A stretch of DNA of 16,663 nucleotides, taken from NCBI GenBank assembly GCA_043228905.1, contig JBHGNT010000731.1:1-16663 (forward strand). Reading direction: 5' to 3'. The DNA comes from Azolla caroliniana (Eukaryota > Plantae > Polypodiophyta). The notes under the pieces are model-generated. The model was given only the letters and a program-made list of their open reading frames with translations. It did no database searches and had not been told where the DNA came from. Position numbers and translations under genes: made by a program. Positions 8,111 through 16,663 of the stretch are shown here, in pieces. Position 1 is the stretch's first letter. Each line of letters opens with the position of its first letter.

Positions 8111-11100
8111 TGAGCATGCTTTTGTTTCAATCTCATATATGATAATTGACTATCAAGGACAATAATAATATATATTTCTCAAATGGTAGATGTGAGCATG
8201 CACCATATTGTACCAATAAGAGAATAATTAATGCAATCTACTTGTAAATGCGTCATGTAAAAAAACACATTGTGTATACATCTTATCAAAGAAAGAGCAA
8301 TTGGGGTGTGAATAAAACAATACAAACAAATGTATAGAGTTTGGCCTTGCTAAATTACCGTTATTACCCTTGGATCCCATGGTTGGAGACCTTACGATGA
8401 TGAATCGATCATCATGACACTCATAGTAGTTACAATAACACGTCACATATTGCGCTATGATGGGGGGTTGGTGGCTTTGCTCTATAACCACCATAAGGGT
8501 TGCTACCTTAATAACATTCAATTTCATCACTGCCACATCTTGAGTTAACCACCTAAGCCACTTTTATCGAGTTATTATTCCAATCTAGAATCTCATATCA
8601 AATTCCTCCTAACATTGATGTTTTGTTCGAGCACTTGTGTTATAAACATAACATTAGGTACCGATTCTAAAACTAATTTCAATTGTTAGGGTGGGATAAA
8701 CCCATGAGGACCTATACATGGTGGCATCAAAACCTATGGAATTGGGTCATATAAAGGGGACTAACTATCCCCTTCATCAATACATCTCTAGCTAGATGTA
8801 GTTGAGACTCAATTGATGAGGCAACCATGTGTTCTTTCATGTTCATTCATCTCAAATTTAGGGTGTATAATATAAGGTAATATTCGGTGGTGTGGAAAAT
8901 CAATGATATTTTACATTTGCCCCTTGCCCTTTGCCCTTCTCTTGAAGGTGGTTGGTGTGGTTAAGCATCCTGCAAGCCATATTGTTTCTCATCATTTATA
9001 TTAATTGCTTATCATTAGCATTTTGATTCGTAATAGACTACTGTAACAGTGATTGGAACTTCTAAGTTCCATTAATGTTTGGATGATGTCTTGATGCCAA
9101 CATCACATAAGTTTGTTGATGTCATTGAAGTAGCGTATCCAATAAGTGATCATGTTATGTTATCAGAGTTATTAGCATTGATGAATTAGTGTCCACAACA
9201 CTTAAGTGCTAACATTGTTAACATGGTAGTACCACTACATACCTTACCTATTGATGATAAAAAGTGGGTGTTTAAACCATAGTTGAGAGAATGATGTTTT
9301 GTTTATATCACGTGGTGGATGTCTAAGTCACAATTTGATGTTTTTTAGTAAATTAGAGAAGACCATTACGTTCTACATTAAAATTATGTGCGTGCACCAT
9401 CATAATATTTGACGTGAGGATTTCTCATGGGTTATCCCATTATAGATCACGCATGGCCCAATATCTTCATTTTGTGACATGGTTCTCTTTTTTCCTTTTA
9501 TCAAGAAGAAGATTGCAAAGAATATAAATGACGTCATCCAGGCAAATCATAACACATGATATGTAGGTCCATCGTAGTTGTCCTCTCAAGACAATCAAAT
9601 ATGGTGGTGTGATGGTTTCACGATACATTTTGCATTCATCATCTCGAAAGAATAGCATGTAGGAGGTGATTGTCGACAAAATAAGTTAATTTTGCATGTT
9701 TTTGGGAATTTTATGGCCTAATATATAAAATATATGACAATGGTATTTCCCCGGTAGATATGAAAAAATGTCCTCAAATTTTCAGCCAATTCGAGCCTTA
9801 CTTTCGCCTTCAACTACCAAATAATTTGTCAATTCATGTATCTTCGAGCTCTTTCTCTCATCTTTGTCCTATGTGAGTAAATAGATGTACCAATAGGATC
9901 GTCTCTTTGTCGTCTCAAACTCTTACTAGATAAATAAATAAAATGGATAAAGCTTGTATGAAATGCAAACTTTTGAATAAAGAACTAATCAACATACAAT
10001 TTCTTTCAAGAAAGCAACCATGTCAATTACACGCAACTTAAGGATGGAAAAAGATATTTGAAATACTACTCAATACGAGGGATATATGTTGGGTGTGTCC
10101 AATGCAAGTATGCAAGCTACACAATATCATACGAGTGTTACATTCAATTCTCTCACTCAACAGAGATAGGTCACTCTTGTATAGCCCACATATGTGTGTA
10201 AATGAATGTATATATGAGCATGCACATGCATGTATATGATTTAATTAATAGGCACAATAATTTGAAATGTCTGTTTGCTCTAGTAATGGCAAGTGATCCA
10301 AACCACCATCCTTTTCTTCTAGATTTATGTGCTTTTCTCAACCAAATGTAGCAAATAACTAATTTGATAGGGTTATCCCCTAGCAATAGCATATTACTAC
10401 TAAAATCATTTATAATGTACATACTACCTTCCCATTCCTAAGTTTGGCAAAATCCTCATGTGTACATGTGCGCTTTGTTTTCGTTCCTTATTATTTCGGG
10501 GGAGAGAGTAGTTATTACATCTAACTTTGGCATATCAACATCAGTGGGCCGTGATAAATGTGTAAGGGTACATTGGCTTGAGCCACACATGAGCACGTTG
10601 TTTCTAGGTGAATTGACCAATTTCCCAATCATAAATCAGAACGTAGATCCATAGTGTCCACAAAAGAGGTTGTTAACACACATCTACACATTGGATACAT
10701 ATGGAGTTCGTTGGTTGGAGAAATAGATTTAAATGCTCAACCAGGGGAATGCCCGTATAATTCATGTTAAAACTTCTCATGATGCACGTGTCTTAAAAAA
10801 AATCACAATAAATAAAGTCTCCACAAGGATACAAACTGAAGCATAAATCTCAATTTTTTATAGAAAAACTATAAAAATATGCTTCACATCCTTGTATTTC
10901 AAAAATATGTTGGAGATGAAGTTGGTTAAGTAACAACAGGGAATGGTAAGCCTTGTTTTTACTAAACTATTCACCCATGTTCAAATGTCACTAATTGTGT
11001 TATTTCACTAACGATACTATGGGATGGGATTTAAACTAATGGGTTCCGCTTTAGAGGGTTAATGTTGTCATAGCATTACATGCCTATGTTGTACAAAGGT

Positions 11101-11314
11101 TGTGATTAGTTTGATCATAGTCTCACAACGACATCTTGACAAACACGTCAATGTTTTCTCTGATATGGAAGTATGCTTTAGGTTGAAAATTAAAATGAAG
11201 GTTGCTCCCTCAATATGCCATTCCTTGTCATTCTGTCACTCCATTATTGCCGTCACGCCTCCTTTCTATCCACGGGCTTGTGCTTGTTGTTACTGTTGCA
11301 ATTGTTATCGCGCG

Positions 11315-11356
11315 ATCTTCATTTATAGTTCTTCAATCTTCATTTATAGTTCTTCA
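11315..11356. repeat. Perfect 21-bp tandem duplication
   Basis: ATCTTCATTTATAGTTCTTCA x2. Confidence 0.9.
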
Positions 11357-11989
11357 ATTTTCTTTTATGGTTCTTTCAAGTTTGGGTCATCATCACCCTG
11401 TTTGGGTCATTTTTGAGATGCCATGTGGGATTTGTTGCCTCCTATTGTGTTGTATTGATGTTCATGAGCTACTCGATCATTGTCGTTGGCATGCTGGTGA
11501 TTTTAATTTGGCACAGTGAGCTACATGGTCGTTTTACATGTCTAATAATTGTCATGTTGTTTTCAAGTCCTTTTGTAGTGTGAGCTAACAATTGTTTCCA
11601 TAATGTATGCTCATCTATTTCTACCCCTCATAATACATTTGTATTAAAGACAATAAGTTATTTGCTTGTCTTGACCTACATTTTTTGACATGTAAGTTGT
11701 TGGAGCCTCACTTATGTAAAGAACTAATAGGGGTATTATAAAGGATATTAAGTGTACATAAAGAAGATGAGTGATTAAATTATGGGTGATAAATAGATGG
11801 GTTTTATTATCATCTTCCAAGGGGGGTTGAATATGACCTATGAGACCAAAATTTAATCACTTTTGCATAGTTGTCGTAAAATTGTGTAATCATTTTAATC
11901 ATTGTCATATTTAGAGATAAAATATGACACCTTCATAAAGCTTGCAATCGAGAGTGTATCTTGTGATTGTGAAATGAATGTGTGAACCG

Positions 11990-12480
11990 AATCAACAATG
12001 ATGTGGAAAACTAACTCGAATGCGGTAAAATGCAACACGTTTTCTCATAGTGTGATATTACAACTCCTGCATTTGTTTTGGGAAAATATATATGCATAGT
12101 TTTCTCACTTGTGCCCAAGAACATGCATGGCATTGACGAGAAAGTGAGTTAAGTTGCATTAAAGGAATGGTATGAACAATGGACAAAGGGGTGGCCTCTA
12201 ACATGTATCGATTTGCATCGTTTCTCCATTTGGACAACATTATGGTTTTGTAGGTTGGTGCAACACTTGTAATTCAATGTGAAAAATGTGTCTCCACGCC
12301 TTTCCCAAATTGTGATACATTTGCATTGCAAAAAAAACCTCATTCACGAAGGCACCTACTAACGCATCATGAAGCAAATGTGAGGCGTCCCATTTTCCAA
12401 ACCATTTCTTCATATCTTTCATCCATTTGACACTCAAAGCTTTAATTTAGATTTCTTTAATTGAACGATTTTACTTCCTT
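11990..12480 (-). mobile_element. Probable decayed 3' portion of a non-LTR retrotransposon ORF (RTE/RTEX-like C-terminal Cys/His region)
   Basis: Three overlapping minus-strand ORFs read as one frameshifted peptide: WMKDMKKWFGKWDASHLLHD / LQCKCITIWE / RYMLEATPLSIVHTIPLMQLNS...LCIYIFPKQMQEL*YHT...AFYRIR..FPH. This resembles the RL.SH.L..E.GRW...C..C....E.E.H....C..F..IR tail of LINE ORFs. Recognised from memory, not from a search. Confidence 0.55.
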
Positions 12481-12749
12481 CCCATGCAATTGTAGAGAGA
12501 GATATTAATGTATACTAAATGCCAAATTTGGGTTATGAGACAAATCATGATTACAATATATGAGTGAATTCATATTGCCCATAATGAGACAAAAAATATA
12601 ACCTCCATGTCTCCGAAACCTAAATGATCGTGATCTTTATGCATGCAGTAAATATATTATTCGATATGATTTGCAACCATGAAGTGCAGGTTGGTTGTTG
12701 TAGTGGAATTAGGTTGTGAAGTTCCACAAGTTCCTTGCATTTGGGTGTC

Positions 12750-14000
12750 CTTGCATTGATTGGTCATGGAAAGTAATGATCTCCATGATCTAAAGATGTT
12801 TTGGCATATGTGCCTTATATCCTAGCACTTAGAATCTATGTTGTTGGCATTCGTTTCCCCTCCACCGGAGCTTTGAGGTTCTTCAGTGATATGTCAATGA
12901 GAAATCAACAAGTGGATTATTTTGAAGAATTTGATATTTTATCGGTGTGGTCATCTTCTTTATCGAGAGGAGAGATGGTTCTCTTCGTTTGTTCTTGGAT
13001 TATTGAGGATTAAATAAGGTTCCCATTCAAAATAAACATGCTAGAATCATTTGTTTCAAGACTTTTGGAGCATCTAAGCGGAGTCAACTACTTTATAAAG
13101 CTAGACCTTTGACCTACATACCTTGTTCTGATTCAAGTTGGGGGTGAATGGAAGATCATATTTCACAAATGGTATAGACATTTCATATAAGCAATTATAC
13201 CTTTTTTATATATGAATGCACCGATAATAAAAAAAAAAGGTGACAAATGATATTCTCTAGAAATTTTTTGACACCTTCACCATTGTTTGCTTGGATGACA
13301 TGTTAGTCTACTCAAAAGATCTAAGAGGGACACAATGTCCACATTCCACAAGTTCTAATACAATTATGGCTCTATGCCAAACTAGAGACACTCAATTCCA
13401 ATCATGATTAAGTCGAACTATAGGATACACAGTCTCGCATGAGGGTATATTTGTGAATCCAATGAACATTCAAACAAATTCTAGACTTGTAGTTATCACG
13501 TTTTACGTGTGATGTACAAATTCTTTTGGTATTTGAACTTGTATAATAAAGACATTTTAAAATTTAAAGGGAGCTTTTACATTTACTCTCATTTTTCGTC
13601 CATGGTAATCCAATTGAACTCTCATCCTCAAAGTTGATACGTTTGATTTTGCATGGGAGTGTGTTGTGGAAAGGAGATTATGGGTAGTTGCATCCAACCA
13701 CGTTTCATTTGTGAAAGTTTGAAGCTGCAAAAATAAATTAGGAGATTTATTATGAGATTTTGGAGCAATGAAACCACCTCTTTGATGCTTCTTCTAACAC
13801 GTTCATTGTTTACAACGATCACAAGAACCTCATATATTTGGTCTTTTGAAGCATTTTTCTACTATTCTTTCGGGATGACCATTGTTCAGTATAGTCATGG
13901 CACAACAATGTCTTGACATTTTGGAGCCTATCTAGATCAATACTGGTCAAAGCATTGTAAGTTCGTTGAAGACTATGTTCACACTTGTAATGCATGCTAA
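12750..14000 (+). mobile_element. Decayed Ty3/gypsy LTR retrotransposon pol fragment (RT, RNase H, integrase zinc finger)
   Basis: Hand translation in order: LDY*GLNKV (~12996), LLEHLSGVNYFIKLDL, GEWKIIF (13143), IPF..MNAP, FTIVCLDDMLVYSK (CLDD at 13288-13299, cf. YLDD), LYAKLE, GYTVSHEGIFVNP, KFEAAKIN*EIY, IVYNDHKNL (13817), HFG...YW..FVEDYVHTCNAC (to 13997). The order RT-RH-INT is gypsy-type. Confidence 0.88.
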
Positions 14001-14719
14001 CATTGGTTTTACGTTAGAATACCAACTACCTTCTTGGTTGCATGGGGTAGAGAATTTAGTGTTTTTATGAGTTGAAGTATGATGTGGACTTTGCTATTTG
14101 AGAGTGGTGCCCTTGATCCTGTGATTAGTCAACTTAAGGAAGGGGAACCATGGGACTCAGTAGTAACGATTAAACTTTATGCCCCCAAATATTGTAGTTA
14201 GTGTGAAGTAATTGTCTTATTTAGTGTGACCAACGAAGAGATTAGCATTAATACCAAAGACCATTTGTGAGACTGAGAGAAAGGAGAACACAACAAAGTA
14301 GTTATAAAGCTTGAAGTCTAATGGACGTCCAAATGTGAAAGGGGACAACCTTTTTGTAATCAAGCTATAAAAGTCATTTTCAGAGCCTTTTAACCTCTTC
14401 TCCTCAAACTTCTATTGTTAAGCATCCACCATACATTGCGCGACCCATGGAGGCATCAACATGAGCATGGGTACCAGACTTAGTAATATACGGGGAAAAG
14501 GGGGATATATCATAATTTCTAGAGCTTCAGGCCATATGACCACCCTAATGTCAAAGGGAACAATCCCTTCATAGAAAAACTATAAATGTGAAATTTGGCC
14601 CAGACAAACACAACCTTTATCTCCATGAACTACCCATTGGATTCGTCGATTATATGAATTGAATATGGTGACGAGGCCAGGTTAACAAATTGTGGGGATA
14701 GGTCCTTAATAGAATCCAA

Positions 14720-15230
14720 GTTTGTATATACTTATGTATGTATTTACTTGTATGCAAGAGTGTGTGTATTCGTGAGTAGTTTATTTATGAACTAGCATGT
14801 AAGTGAACCGTGTATTTCTTTATATACGTGCATGTACGTGTGAATGAATATGCTTATACTAATCCATAGAAGTATGTGCATGTGTACGTATGTGTGGTTT
14901 ATTTATGTGATTAATGTATGTGTATGTGTTGTACTTATACATTTGAATACGTGTATACGTAAGATTACAAGTTTATGAATGTCGAGTATGTATGTGTATA
15001 TGTATGTAAGCTAAATATATGCATGTGTATTCAAATGTATGAATTAGATGAGTATGCGTGTGCATGTATATGTGCAAACACATATGCACATACATAGGTA
15101 TGTAAATATGTGCGTACGTGCGTGTGTTTATGTGTAAGTATGTGTGTATTTATGTAAATATGATTATGTCAACGTGTAGGTAGCATATAAATTTCAATGT
15201 TTATGTGTAAGTGATTGGTATGTTGGTATG
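14720..15230. repeat. Degenerate (TATG)/(TG)/(TA) low-complexity region
   Basis: About 500 bp of tgtatgtgta-type alternating sequence with no protein-like ORF. Confidence 0.8.
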
Positions 15231-16663
15231 TGAGGGGTATTTAGGGAAACAAAAGTTTAATAGTAACGTGGCCAATGCCACGTGGCTTTAGCTTAGGCAT
15301 CGAATGTTGATCGCCAACCAAACTTGCACCAACAAATGTTGTATTTCTTTGGGAGCTCCTCCTCCTCCTTTGCAACAAATGAGTTCATCCTTTTCCTCTC
15401 TTTCTTCTTAATTTCTCCTCCTTTCTTTTAAATTACATTTATGTCCCCTCTTGCCACAGTTCATCCCAAGTACAAAGGAGTTAGTATGCTTCCTCAACCT
15501 TCATCTCAAATGGGCACATTTCAATGGTTGGGCACTGTATTCACATAAATATCGGTTCAAATCTCATTGCTCGTAATTTTCCACTTTAATAGAAAAGTAT
15601 GCTTGGTAGGGTGCATGAATATTTCTTAATTCTAACTGAGATTCTACCCTAGCAAAATAACAATTTACGTGTCAGGTTTTGTATTTTCAATCTGAAAGTT
15701 CCACAGCAATCCTCGAACATATACAAATCTTTCAACAATTTAAAATCTACCAAATTGCATAATTCATCCAAAAAAAAATCTTTAATACATCAAGATTAAA
15801 AATAGTTGGCTTTGACTCACGATAGGACTCGCTTTTTAAAATATAAACCCCAAGCAATAAATAAAATGAAATATCAAATAAAAATTGTGTCAATGGGAGA
15901 TCCTTGAGTTTCCATGTAGTAGCTACAATTGACAACCACATTGGCTCTTTATGTTGCCGTCCTCCTACACACTCTCGTGATTCGCTTCCTTGTGCCAAAC
16001 TGAACTTCGACGAAGGTTTTGCCTCAAATCCCAAAATGACCCTGAACAACAATGAGCTCGTGGTTTCCCTCTTCCATTGGCCAAATAGGTTCTAAGGCTT
16101 GCATCTATCACTTTAAGTGCTTGCTCTTACCAATTGAATTATGTTTTTTGGCTTACTTGATTCTTATCTACATTGAACTCTTCCTTGCTATTTCTTTGAC
16201 ATAACTCTAACTTGTATTAAACTTGAGTTTGCGCACTTTTCTCATGTAGCCTTAGCATGTCATGACAATGGAGAAGATACCTTAGAGAACGTTCATACAT
16301 GAAAATTTTTCTATGCCTCTTTGGGTGCCAAAAAGTTGCATCTATGCACTATTTGCTACCTCGAGGGACCACATACAAACGCACCAATACTTACGCATAA
16401 CACACACATAATGTTTAAGTCCCGTATCCTTTTTCAATTGAAGGACGTGGTTGTCTCATCCACTTGGAAAGTGTAACCTAATGGGTCGTATAAAGTTAAA
16501 ACGTCCATATGTACATTTGTGTAAATATTTAGGTGTCCCTTAAAACAAAAAGTTACAGATGATAACAAACAAATCTACGTGTAAAAAAATAAATGTAGGC
16601 GAACCACGATGTTATAATAGGTCAATCCTAAAGTTGCTTTGTCCACCCTTAGTTCTCCCTTAT

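Noticed and set aside
11102-11519. Two ~105-aa plus-strand ORFs
   Set aside because: Non-ATG starts, hydrophobic or low-complexity composition, no domain motifs; probably repeat-derived.

Overview
Eukaryotic, most likely land-plant genomic DNA; a fern-like origin is inferred from the transposon relics and is not proven. Bases 653-4280 hold an apparently intact minus-strand class IV homeodomain-leucine zipper gene (HD-ZIP IV; ATML1/PDF2/HDG/ROC family). I assembled it by hand into 11 GT-AG-bounded coding exons (2523 nt, 840 aa: homeodomain, zipper-loop-zipper with CxxC, START, SAD). Its 3' flank carries the two complementary motifs known from HD-ZIP IV 3' UTRs, which fold into a stem-loop around a C-rich loop. 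The upstream region has an overlapping uORF, a duplicated 19-nt CCAAT-containing motif, several GA/CT microsatellites, a short TTAGGG telomere-like array with a telo-box, and a ~650-bp polypyrimidine tract with 32 perfect TTTTTTC units. The distal ~10 kb is AT-rich intergenic DNA with decayed retroelements: a Ty3/gypsy pol relic and two probable LINE relics. No RNA genes or CRISPR arrays were seen. I found no wholly new system; the most interesting items are the regulatory structures around the gene.
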